From Limisphaerales bacterium (GTDB lineage Bacteria; Verrucomicrobiota; Verrucomicrobiia; Limisphaerales; UBA1412), in assembly GCA_050949405.1 (NCBI GenBank), contig JBMNFQ010000001.1, forward strand, positions 985,160-1,049,159: a stretch of 64,000 nucleotides of DNA. The letters run 5' to 3'. Both the position numbers and the translations under genes were made by a program. The notes below the pieces were generated by a model. That model saw only the letters and a program-made list of their open reading frames with translations, was not told where the DNA came from and searched no databases. Position 1 is the first letter of the stretch. Each line of letters opens with the position of its first letter. This document shows, one piece after another, positions 49,565 through 58,538 of this stretch.

Positions 49565-49796
49565 ACTGAAAAATTCCTTACTATTACACTCGTTAACTAA
49601 CGATAGCATCATTCCAATTTTTTGTCAAGCGACTTGGTATTTTTTTGTTCTTGTCGTGCTCTCCTAAAAGCTACTCAGTTGAAATGCAAGGAATTCTACC
49701 TCTGTTTCTATTCTTTTATCGGTTGGTTTCTAGCGTAATCATCTGTTTTTTCGACTTTTTCTAAGATAGACGATAGATTTAATCTTGTTCGGGTTC

Positions 49797-49955
49797 CTAC
49801 TCTTCTTTTTTCTTTTTTCTGCGTTGGCGTACGGCATTTGAGAGAATATGCTCTATCTGTCCGTTGACCGAACGAAATTCCTGTGCCGCCCAGCGCTCGA
49901 GTTCTTCCCAGAGCTTGGGGTCCATCCTGAGTAAAAATGATTTACGGGGTGCCAA
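49797..49955 (-). CDS. Arc/ribbon-helix-helix small DNA-binding protein
   Basis: TTG start; MAPRKSFLLRMDPKLWEELERWAAQEFRSVNGQIEHILSNAVRQRRKKKKEE* (52 aa, below the ORF-track cutoff); typical neighbour of SPFH genes. Confidence 0.8.
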   Translation of the reverse strand: MAPRKSFLLRMDPKLWEELERWAAQEFRSVNGQIEHILSNAVRQRRKKKKEE

Positions 49956-50006
49956 TGTGCTTAATTATCGTGTGCTGGTAAAAGGAATCGCTCCATCGGG
50001 ATTGTA

Positions 50007-51005
50007 TCAGTGATAGAGAGTTCCGGTGTTGACGACGGGTTGAGCCTCGGAATCGGAGCAGAGGACGACCAGAAGGTTGCTGACCATGGCGGCTTTGCGC
50101 TCATCGTCCAGCTCGATTACATTTTTGCGGGAGAGTTCTCCCAGGGCCATTTCGACCATGCTGACCGAACCCAGGACGATTTTCTCTCGAGCCGCGATGA
50201 CCGCTTCGGCCTGCTGGCGCCGAAGCATGACGCTGGCGATTTCCGGCGCATAGGCCAGATGGTTGAGGCGGGCTTCCTCGATCACGACCCCGGCCCTGTT
50301 GAGTCGGTCCTGGAGCTCCGCCTGGAGCGCCACGGAGATTTCGGCGGCGTTGCTGCGCAGGGTGATCTCTTCCTGTTCATGCTCTCCGTCATCATAGGCG
50401 TAAGAGGTGGCCAGATGGCGGACGGCGGATTCGCTCTGAATGGTTACGAACTGCTCGTAATCATCGACATCGAACATGGCTTTGGCGGTATCTTCCACGC
50501 GCCAGACGATGACGGCCGAGATTTCAACCGGGTTGCCCCGCTTATCGTTGACCTTGAGTTTTTCGCCATTCATGTTGCGTGAGCGCAGGGAGATTTTATT
50601 GCGGCTGGCGCTTTTGAGATTGCGTTTGGCGGCCAGAGAGCCGACCGAGGGCGTCGGCGTGGTTTCAGCGGTGGCGAGCATTCTTCCATTGGAGTAAAAT
50701 GGGTTGCCCCAATGGAAGCCGGTTTGGCGTACCGTCCCGACGTATTTACCGAAGAGAATGAGGACGCGTGCCTGATTGGGCTGCAGGGTGAAGAACCCGG
50801 GCAGGATCAGTGAAAAGAGGAGAGCTTCAAGAAGAGCTCCCGGGATGATTATAGAAGGACCTTGCATCCTGATTCCGAAAATCATCATGAGAAGTGCAAA
50901 AACGACAGCGAATAAAAAACAGACGAGTACGAGCCATCCGTTCATTACGTGAATTTCTTTTTCGACGCTCGTAGTGAGCTCTTTGAGAGGTAGGTTAGTT
51001 TTCAT
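50007..51005 (-). CDS. SPFH/band 7 domain membrane protein
   Basis: N-terminal TMs, [33 protein letters not shown]; start set at ATG 51005. Confidence 0.92.
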   Translation of the reverse strand: MKTNLPLKELTTSVEKEIHVMNGWLVLVCFLFAVVFALLMMIFGIRMQGPSIIIPGALLEALLFSLILPGFFTLQPNQARVLILFGKYVGTVRQTGFHWGNPFYSNGRMLATAETTPTPSVGSLAAKRNLKSASRNKISLRSRNMNGEKLKVNDKRGNPVEISAVIVWRVEDTAKAMFDVDDYEQFVTIQSESAVRHLATSYAYDDGEHEQEEITLRSNAAEISVALQAELQDRLNRAGVVIEEARLNHLAYAPEIASVMLRRQQAEAVIAAREKIVLGSVSMVEMALGELSRKNVIELDDERKAAMVSNLLVVLCSDSEAQPVVNTGTLYH

Positions 51006-51116
51006 AGTAGTGATAATGGTGTATGTAGCCGTCAGTCGGCGACATATCAAAATGATATCACTTTTCAGAAAAAAAAGGCAAGAGCGCAGGCGCGTTTTTT
51101 TAATTTTTTTACGCCC

Positions 51117-52229
51117 TTATTTCCACTGGAAGTAGAGGATGCGGACATCGCGGGCTGAGACGCGGTGAAGCATGGAGGAGAAGACGCGCTCCTGGTCGCC
51201 GACCCGCGCGCGGACTTCGACCTCGAAGACGGTACTGCGGACTCCGCAGAAGGCGCCGATCTGCTGCACCAGGCTTGGGGGCATTCCGGGGATTTGCTGG
51301 AGCATCCCGACGCCGGTGATCATGACGTCGTCTTCGGTGCCCTCCACGTCGTCGAGCCCACGGCGATAGGTGATGATTTCGTTGGCGATTTCCGGGGTGA
51401 CGCCCGGGAGCATCCGGAGGACTTCCGCCGGTGCGGTATTGATGTTGAGCGTGCCGGAGGAGAGAGTGCAGAAGAGGTCCATGAGGCCGCCTTCGAAGAT
51501 ATTTTCATCCGCGTAGTGTCTGCCGATGCGGATTTCGTCGGGGTCGATGTAGGTACTCATTGGCGAGCGGCCTTCGAGCCTGGCGATTCCGTAGTAGAGC
51601 TCCGGGCTGACGCCCTGGATCATGAGCAGCTCCGAGATATCATCGAGCGGTCCATTCTTGCAATAGTAGGGCGGGTCCAGGCCGAGGTAGTACTCGTCTT
51701 CGGCGCCGCTCAGTTTGGCGTTGTTATCGGTATCGCGCCAGTCGAGGACGGAATCGGAGATGGTGCTGGCGAGGGTGGAATCTGCGCCCAGGACGGCAAG
51801 CGCGTTTTCCAGGAGAGCCGCCGTAGCGGTATTGATATTCATCTTGCGTTCATTATCGGTGATGGAGACCGAGAAGATGCCGTTGCCGAGCTCGTTATCT
51901 TCGAGGAAGACGAATTCCAGGAGGTCATTGGTCTGGCCGGGGCCGCCGGCCCATTTTTGGTTCAGCGCGTCGCAGGGTCGGTTGAGATTGAGCTGCTGGC
52001 CGACGACATAGCGGGCCAGTTCCACACCGGAGCGCCCGAGCCACTCGAGCTCAGAATCGCTCAGGTGGTTATTGGCCAGCTTCATCTCCACTTTCATGAA
52101 CCAGGCGAAGCCAGCCGTCATGGTTCCCAGAACGATGATGACGACCAGGACGATGATGAGGGCGATACCGCTCTGGGGAGTGGTCGCTCTGGCATTGTTT
52201 GCCGGTTGTTGAAGAGGTATTTGCATCAA
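51117..52229 (-). CDS. gspK: Type II secretion minor pseudopilin K
   Basis: SGIALIIVLVVI, DNERKMNIN, DSVLDWRD, NGPLDDISELL, LNINTA. Confidence 0.9.
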   Translation of the reverse strand: MMQIPLQQPANNARATTPQSGIALIIVLVVIIVLGTMTAGFAWFMKVEMKLANNHLSDSELEWLGRSGVELARYVVGQQLNLNRPCDALNQKWAGGPGQTNDLLEFVFLEDNELGNGIFSVSITDNERKMNINTATAALLENALAVLGADSTLASTISDSVLDWRDTDNNAKLSGAEDEYYLGLDPPYYCKNGPLDDISELLMIQGVSPELYYGIARLEGRSPMSTYIDPDEIRIGRHYADENIFEGGLMDLFCTLSSGTLNINTAPAEVLRMLPGVTPEIANEIITYRRGLDDVEGTEDDVMITGVGMLQQIPGMPPSLVQQIGAFCGVRSTVFEVEVRARVGDQERVFSSMLHRVSARDVRILYFQWK

Positions 52230-52250
52230 GAGTCCATCCTTTTTTGCCGG

Positions 52251-53246
52251 TTAGCGTCTGCCACCTCCCGGGCCTCCGGGCATCGGGGGACCGCCTCCGC
52301 CCGGGTTAAACCCACCGCCGGGCCTTCCACCCTGCCCGCTACCGGGTCCAAAACCGCCGCCGGGCCGGCCGCCTCCGCCACCGCCGCCGGATCCCCAGCC
52401 TCCTCCCTGAGCGCCTTGGCCGCCGCCGGGTCGACCGCCGCCGCCCATGCCGGGTCGGCCTCCCTGACCACCCTGGCCTCCTCCCTGGCCGCCTTGACCG
52501 CCGGGACCACCCTGACCTCCTCCCTGAGCGCCCATGGTCATGCCGCTGGAGACGGTGCCCTGGATTTGCGGGTCGATGATAGTGCCGCTCATGGCGACGA
52601 CGCGTGAATCGAGCTGGGCCGGTTCATTGCCGACGTAGCCGTGCCCCATCGAGACGCGTGCCAGTTGCGGCAGCGTATTGGTGTTTTCCCAGTCCAGGAC
52701 CCAGTCCAGCTCATTGGTATCCCAGAACTCGACGGCGAAGAACGAAATATCGGTGGAGAGCTCAATAGGCGGGATGAGGTCGGTATACTCCTCATCGATC
52801 AGGAGCGGATGCTGGTAGAGGATCAGGGAGTTGCGTCCGCTTTCATTGGCTTCGACGACGTAGGTGAGCCGTCGCAGGGGCAGGCCGTCATAGAGGCCGC
52901 TGCCGATAAACCCCGGCGGCAGATAGGCCACGAAGGAGAGGGCCGAGTAGTCGCCGTCGTTATCGACTTCAAAGCTGTAATAATTGGTGTTGGCCCGGAA
53001 CATCCGCGCGGACATCAGCGATTCGCTCAAGGCGCGCATTCCGACCCGTGTCCGCTGGGTTTCTTCGGCGGCAAAGCTGGCCGATTGTTTGCCCATGAGG
53101 ACGAGCGACCAGATTTCATAAATGGAGGTCAGGATCAGAGCGAAGATGAAGATGGAAATCATCACCTCCAGGAGGGTGAAGGCACCTCGGCAGCGCCGCT
53201 GCGGGGCCTGGGCTCTGATTTCGGGATTGTTCATTTCTTCAAGCAT
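52251..53246 (-). CDS. gspJ: Type II secretion pseudopilin J-like with Gly-rich tail
   Basis: GAFTLLEVMISI prepilin motif; W...NTLP C-terminal motif; position before gspK. Confidence 0.75.
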   Translation of the reverse strand: MLEEMNNPEIRAQAPQRRCRGAFTLLEVMISIFIFALILTSIYEIWSLVLMGKQSASFAAEETQRTRVGMRALSESLMSARMFRANTNYYSFEVDNDGDYSALSFVAYLPPGFIGSGLYDGLPLRRLTYVVEANESGRNSLILYQHPLLIDEEYTDLIPPIELSTDISFFAVEFWDTNELDWVLDWENTNTLPQLARVSMGHGYVGNEPAQLDSRVVAMSGTIIDPQIQGTVSSGMTMGAQGGGQGGPGGQGGQGGGQGGQGGRPGMGGGGRPGGGQGAQGGGWGSGGGGGGGRPGGGFGPGSGQGGRPGGGFNPGGGGPPMPGGPGGGRR

Positions 53247-53264
53247 GTTTTGCCTTTCCTGCGT

Positions 53265-53687
53265 TTATCTTCCCAGGATTGATTCGGGTCGGTAGAGCCA
53301 GAGGCTCATCATGGTGGAGTCGCGTCCGCCAAAAGCGCCCGGGTGATAGACCTCCACATCGACCTGGAAGAAGCCGTTGGTGCTGACTTCATAAGCTTCA
53401 CGGGTCCAGGACCAGCCCGGGTACATATCGCCAAAATCGCCCGATTCGACGACCTCCTCCAGCCGGTTGGTCGCCAGCATGTCATAGACGACCTGCGTGA
53501 AATCAATCGGGGTGACGTTGAGGGAGTGCGCCGCCCGCAGGTTGGTATTGAGCAGCTCCATGATCGAAAAATAGGCCATGAAAAAAATCGCCATGGCGAC
53601 CATGATCTCCAGGAGGGTGAAGGCCGGCGCCAGAAACGCCCAGCCGGCTGCCGAGTAATCGCGGGAGTTGTTGATTGTGATTTTCAT
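53265..53687 (-). CDS. gspI: Type II secretion pseudopilin I-like
   Basis: AFTLLEIMVAMAI; small; position in H-I-J-K order. Confidence 0.7.
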   Translation of the reverse strand: MKITINNSRDYSAAGWAFLAPAFTLLEIMVAMAIFFMAYFSIMELLNTNLRAAHSLNVTPIDFTQVVYDMLATNRLEEVVESGDFGDMYPGWSWTREAYEVSTNGFFQVDVEVYHPGAFGGRDSTMMSLWLYRPESILGR

Positions 53688-53705
53688 CAGCCGCTTTTTC
53701 GGGGG

Positions 53706-54335
53706 TTAGAATTCGATGCCGCCTCTCCTGCGGCGGAGCGGGTTCTTGGGGGTGGCCAGCTCATTGAGGTTATCAAAATCGGCCAGACCGGTGACGATAT
53801 CGACCGTTACGCGCCGGAACTCGCCCTGCCAGGAGAGGACCACCGTCAGAAGGTCCGCCGTGCCGTTGGGGAAGAAGCGCGAGATGACCAGGTCGTCATC
53901 CATATGCTCGGTCATGTTGACGTCAAGCATCTCGATCTCCACCTCGTCATGGAGTCTGTACTGGTCGCTTTTGTAGGGGGCTCCCCTCATGGAGCTTTGG
54001 GGGGCTGAACCGGTTGAGAGCGTGGCCGCATTGCCCCAGTTGATCGATTCGTTGATATCGCGCGGCATCTCCTCCACCTGGAACGTATATTCATAGGGGT
54101 GGAACTTGAGCACCATCGGGGTGCAGCGGAGAATGGCCGTGGCGCGTGCCTGGGCGCAGGCCTCCACCAGGTCCGATACGCTTTCGGTGAGGGGGTCGCG
54201 CTTCTGGATGGCGCGGAAGACGGCCGGGATACCAATGCTGCAAAGGACGCTGATAATCCCCATGACCACCATCAGCTCAATGAGCGTGAAGGCGGCGTTG
54301 CATGGCGGGGATTTCTTTGGCGTCAATGCTCTCAT
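53706..54335 (-). CDS. gspH: Type II secretion pseudopilin H-like
   Basis: AFTLIELMVVMGII; RFFPNG motif. Confidence 0.7.
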   Translation of the reverse strand: MRALTPKKSPPCNAAFTLIELMVVMGIISVLCSIGIPAVFRAIQKRDPLTESVSDLVEACAQARATAILRCTPMVLKFHPYEYTFQVEEMPRDINESINWGNAATLSTGSAPQSSMRGAPYKSDQYRLHDEVEIEMLDVNMTEHMDDDLVISRFFPNGTADLLTVVLSWQGEFRRVTVDIVTGLADFDNLNELATPKNPLRRRRGGIEF

Positions 54336-54341
54336 GGTCGG

Positions 54342-55619
54342 CTAGCGGTTGATATTGGAGGTGAGCGAGAACATGGCCGAGAGAATACCCAACAGGATGA
54401 AGCCGACAAAGAGCGCCATCGTGATGATGAGAATCGGCTCAATCAGTGTGGTCATGAGCCGCAGTGCCGTCTGGAGGTCATCCTCGTAAGTTTCGGCCAG
54501 GCTTTGCAGGGAGTTGGGGATATCGCCGGTCTCCTCGCCAATCTTGACCATATCGATCATCAACTGCGGGAAGACGCCGCTCCTTGCCAGCGGCTGGGCG
54601 ATTGTTTTGCCATCGGTGACCGCTTCGCGGGTATCGGCGATGGCTTTCTGGAGAATGACGTTGTCTATGACCAGCTCCGTGATTTTGAGCGCGACCAGAA
54701 CCGGGACGCCATTCTGCATCAGGGTGGAAAGGGTGCGTGAGAACTGGGCAAAGAGGTTCATGCGCACCGCGTTGCCGATAACGGGGGCATTCATCTTCCA
54801 GCGGTCCCAGGCGAGGCGCCCGCGTACCGACTGGATGTATCTGCGGAAGAGCATGATGACCGTGAAGATACCGATCAGGACGGCCCACCAGTAATGTTTA
54901 AAGAAGGTGGAGCTATCCATCAGAAACTTGGTGCTGGGCGGCAAGGGAGCATTCATGCTTTTGAAAATCTCCATGAACTTGGGCATCATGACGGTCATGA
55001 AGAAGAAGATCACCGCCAGGCCGACGATGACCACCACGGTCGGGTAAACCATGGAGCTCTTGAACTTGCTCTGGACCTCCGCGAAGCGCTCATAGTGGGC
55101 CGCCAGGCGCTTCAAGACCTCCACCAGGGCGCCGCTTTGCTCGCCAGAGCGGACCATGTTGATGAACATGTTGGAGAAGATCACCGGCTGGCGGCTCATC
55201 GCTTCAGAGAGGCTCTTGCCTTCGACGACATCCTGCTTGAGCTGGCGGCTGACATCGGTCGGGATGCCTTTGCTGCCGACATAGGTCATACTGTTGAGGG
55301 CGGCGGTGAGCGGCATACCGGCCCTGAGGAGATTGGCCAGTTGGTTGGCAAAGTTGGCCAGCTCTTTCATGGCCGGTCTTTTCTGGCGAGTGAAGTAATC
55401 GCGCATTCCCTGCGGCAAAAGGTTGAGGAGGCCGCTGGTGCTTTGGCTGCCCCGCAGGCTCCGTGCTTTGCCTTTTCCTTTTTTGGCAGGCTCGATCGAT
55501 ACGGGCAGGAGCCCCTGCTTTTGCAGTTGGGCCAATGCCGCCATACGATCGGCTGCTTCCAGCACCCCTTGAATGGCGGTGCCGTTTTTCTTACGCGCTT
55601 TATAAACGAATTCTGCCAT
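54342..55619 (-). CDS. gspF: Type II secretion/T4P inner-membrane platform protein F
   Basis: LANLLRAGMP, MVRSGEQSGAL, MVKIGEETG, LIEPILI. Confidence 0.92.
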   Translation of the reverse strand: MAEFVYKARKKNGTAIQGVLEAADRMAALAQLQKQGLLPVSIEPAKKGKGKARSLRGSQSTSGLLNLLPQGMRDYFTRQKRPAMKELANFANQLANLLRAGMPLTAALNSMTYVGSKGIPTDVSRQLKQDVVEGKSLSEAMSRQPVIFSNMFINMVRSGEQSGALVEVLKRLAAHYERFAEVQSKFKSSMVYPTVVVIVGLAVIFFFMTVMMPKFMEIFKSMNAPLPPSTKFLMDSSTFFKHYWWAVLIGIFTVIMLFRRYIQSVRGRLAWDRWKMNAPVIGNAVRMNLFAQFSRTLSTLMQNGVPVLVALKITELVIDNVILQKAIADTREAVTDGKTIAQPLARSGVFPQLMIDMVKIGEETGDIPNSLQSLAETYEDDLQTALRLMTTLIEPILIITMALFVGFILLGILSAMFSLTSNINR

Positions 55620-55651
55620 CGTCAGTCCTTGTTTGAAACACCCATTTTGGG

Positions 55652-57850
55652 CTAAAGTTGCTCTTTCCGGGCTTTGGGCTCCTGCTTTTCATCTTCTTTG
55701 GGCCCGGCTGGCTCAGTTGGGTCTGGCTCGGTGGGCGCTGGGAAAGAATCGACCGGCGGAGGCGGTGGAGCCTCTTCAACCGTCGCTTTGAGCGGAGGCG
55801 CCATCTGGGGAACCTCCAGCCCCAGAAGCTCATAAAACTTCTGGGAGTCGAGCATCTCCTTCTCCAGAAGCTCGCTGCAAATCAGCTCGAGCTGCTCTTT
55901 GTGGTCGGTCAAAATTTTGCGGGCATGGGCGTAGGCGTCGTTCAGGAGCCTCAGGACCTCCTGGTCGATGATCCGCGTCGTCTCCGGACTGCAATCAGTG
56001 CGGAAGCCGCCCTCGGCACCGGAGAACATCCCGTGGTCCGGCTGGAGGCAGTGAGCCAGTCCGATCGTCTCGCTCATGCCGTACATGCAGACCATCTGGC
56101 GCGCGAGCGAGGTGGCCCGCTTCAAGTCGTTTTCAGCTCCGGTCGAGACCTCCTGGAAGGTGATCTCCTCGGCAGCGCGTCCACCCAACAGGCCGGCTAT
56201 GCGCGCCATCAGCTCTGAACGGGTGAGGATGAATTGATCCTCGGGCGGCACCTGCATGGTATAGCCCAGGGCGGAGCGGCCTCTGGGGACGATGCTGATT
56301 TTCTGGACCGGGTCGCAGTTCTGGTCATAGGCGGCGATGAGCGCATGGCCGGCCTCGTGAATGGCGACGCGGTGGAGCTCCTTTTCGCGGAGACGGCGGC
56401 TCCGGCGCTCGGTGCCGGCAATGACTTTCTCGATTGCCTCCTCCAAGTCCGATTGCGCAATGACCGAGGAGAGCCGTCTGGCGGCCAGCAGTGCGGCTTC
56501 GTTCAAGGTATTGGCCAGGTCAGCCCCCGAAAAGCCGGGAGTACTCTGGGCCACACGCCGCAAATCGACCTCGGAGGCCAGCGGTTTGCTGCGGGAGTGG
56601 ACCTTGAGGATCGCCTCGCGGCCATCCAGGTCAGGCGCATCGACGACGACCTGCCGGTCAAAGCGGCCCGGGCGCAACAGCGCGCGGTCCAGTACATCGG
56701 GCCGGTTGGTGGCCCCCAGGATGATCACCCCGGCATTGGTCTCGAAGCCATCCATCTCCACCAGGAGCTGGTTAAGGGTCTGTTCACGCTCATCATTGAC
56801 CGAGCCCATGTGGACGCCCCGCTGGCGGCCGATGGCGTCGAGCTCGTCAATAAAGATAATGCAGGGAGATTGCGCCTTGGCCTGCTGGAAGAGGTCACGC
56901 ACGCGGGCCGCGCCGACCCCGACGAACATCTCGACAAAATCACTGCCGCTCAGAGAAAAGAAGACCACTTTGGCCTCTCCGGCCACGGCGCGCGCCAAAA
57001 GCGTCTTACCGGTCCCGGGCGGCCCCACCAGCAGGACCCCTTTGGGTATCTGCGCGCCCAGGGCCTTGTAGCGGGCCGGGTTCTTCAGGAAATCGACCAC
57101 CTCCTGGAGCTCGTACTTGGCCTCGTCGCATCCGGCTACGTCGGCAAAGGTGACGCCGGTCTCCTTATCGGCGGAGACTCGCGCCTTGGATTTGCCGATG
57201 GAGAGAATCGACTGGCCGCCCATGCCGATTTTGCGTGAAATAAAAATCCAGAGCCCGATCATCAGCCCAATCGGCAATACCCAGACCAGCAGGAACTGCT
57301 CCAGGAAGCTCGGACGGCTGCCGAGGAACTTGGCGCCGCTCTTCTCGAGCTCTTCAATCAGCCGCGTATCTGCATCGACGCGAATGGTGGTAAACGCGAA
57401 AACGCCTTCAGGGTCGCTCTGTTTGGAAAAAAGCCTGGAAAAGGGGCTCTGTGGCAGATGAATCTGGGGGTCCACCGCTTCCGCGAGCGGTGCATTGGTG
57501 GCTGCCGGAGCCGTGGCTGCCGTGGATGAAGAGTCTGCTCCGGAACCATCTTCCACCCTGAGGCCGGAAGCAGGCGCCGGTGCCTCCGCTTTTTGGAGAG
57601 CGATCTTGCCGGTGATCCGCTCCTGGCTGATGAGGCACTCGATCACCTCGCCGCGGGCGACATGCTTCTTGAATTCACTGTAAGGGATACTTTTGGAGCC
57701 CGTGGAGCTCATCACCTCCTGCCAGAGGATGAGAATGAGCAGCGCTGCCAGAACGTAGCCCATCGAGAAACGCCAGGGTGGCTTCTCCTGAGGGGGCCGA
57801 CCGCCGCTCTCTTTGCCGGGTTTATTCTTCTTTGGAGGTATCATATCCAT
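55652..57850 (-). CDS. ftsH: ATP-dependent zinc metalloprotease FtsH
   Basis: Two TMs, [28 protein letters not shown]. Confidence 0.97.
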   Translation of the reverse strand: MDMIPPKKNKPGKESGGRPPQEKPPWRFSMGYVLAALLILILWQEVMSSTGSKSIPYSEFKKHVARGEVIECLISQERITGKIALQKAEAPAPASGLRVEDGSGADSSSTAATAPAATNAPLAEAVDPQIHLPQSPFSRLFSKQSDPEGVFAFTTIRVDADTRLIEELEKSGAKFLGSRPSFLEQFLLVWVLPIGLMIGLWIFISRKIGMGGQSILSIGKSKARVSADKETGVTFADVAGCDEAKYELQEVVDFLKNPARYKALGAQIPKGVLLVGPPGTGKTLLARAVAGEAKVVFFSLSGSDFVEMFVGVGAARVRDLFQQAKAQSPCIIFIDELDAIGRQRGVHMGSVNDEREQTLNQLLVEMDGFETNAGVIILGATNRPDVLDRALLRPGRFDRQVVVDAPDLDGREAILKVHSRSKPLASEVDLRRVAQSTPGFSGADLANTLNEAALLAARRLSSVIAQSDLEEAIEKVIAGTERRSRRLREKELHRVAIHEAGHALIAAYDQNCDPVQKISIVPRGRSALGYTMQVPPEDQFILTRSELMARIAGLLGGRAAEEITFQEVSTGAENDLKRATSLARQMVCMYGMSETIGLAHCLQPDHGMFSGAEGGFRTDCSPETTRIIDQEVLRLLNDAYAHARKILTDHKEQLELICSELLEKEMLDSQKFYELLGLEVPQMAPPLKATVEEAPPPPPVDSFPAPTEPDPTEPAGPKEDEKQEPKARKEQL

Positions 57851-58033
57851 TTTCCCTTCTTTCGGTTGCGCTACCGGACTGAAACTCTACTCCATAATAG
57901 GACAAGTGCAAACCTATTTATAACCGGATAAGCTTTTGAGTGAGGAAGAAAGACCCACCCCTCGAAAAAATCCCCACCCGTTAAAAACCACCAAATCAAA
58001 ACAAAAAATCCGCCAGAGGAGGCAGGTACAAAT

Positions 58034-58353
58034 ATAAGGTATGCGGAGCAATAAGGTATGCGGAGCATACCCATAACATAGCCAGGGGTCATAGACCCCT
58101 GGTAGGGAGGTAGTAAAGATTCCCCCCCGACCCCGCAAGGGGTCGCATCCCATCATCCGTATGATAAAAAATGGGTAAATTCATGGTTTTGGGGTGATCG
58201 TTTTTTATTGGGCGTGTTGTTTTTTGAGTGTTGGCTGCGACCCCTCTGGGGTCGTCTGTTTGGTGGGGGGGATGGGTACCAGGGGTCTGAAGACCCCTGG
58301 CTATAAGATGGCATCCCTCCGGGATGCTTGAGAATGGTACGCTCCGCATACCT
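58034..58353. repeat. REPIN/BIME-like palindromic element
   Basis: Two homologous arms in inverted orientation (AGGTATGCGGAGC ... CCAGGGGTC-n-GACCCCTGG ... CGACCCC-n-GGGGTCG) around an AT-rich spacer; 17-bp tandem duplication at 58034-58067. Confidence 0.85.
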
Positions 58354-58422
58354 CATGTTTGTATGCCCCCCTGCAAGGCGTTAAAAAGAGAGGTGTGCTC
58401 CGTATACATGATGTTTACCTCA

Positions 58423-58458
58423 TTCCCTTTTCGGTGCGAATATTTTTGAGGCAATGCG
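58423..58458 (+). promoter_or_regulatory. 36-bp upstream motif, copy 1
   Basis: TTCCCTTTTCGGTGCGAATATTTTTGAGGCAATGCG, identical to 62259-62294. Confidence 0.55.
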
Positions 58459-58538
58459 CGAAGAGACAAAAATGAAAAGAACTCTTGACAAAACATGAAA
58501 AACGTGGTTTTGTGAGGTGTCTTAGTTTGACGAATAGT

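Noticed and set aside
52254-52530. GC-rich repetitive DNA and alternative Ala-rich ORF 52226-52510
   Set aside because: Explained by the Gly-rich coding tail of gspJ.
13931-57238. Other long shadow ORFs (13931-15013, 15455-16324, 18756-19733, 21847-23079, 43685-45022, 51165-52607, 56234-57238, 63261-63878)
   Set aside because: Each overlaps a confidently identified gene on the other strand and has no recognisable motifs.
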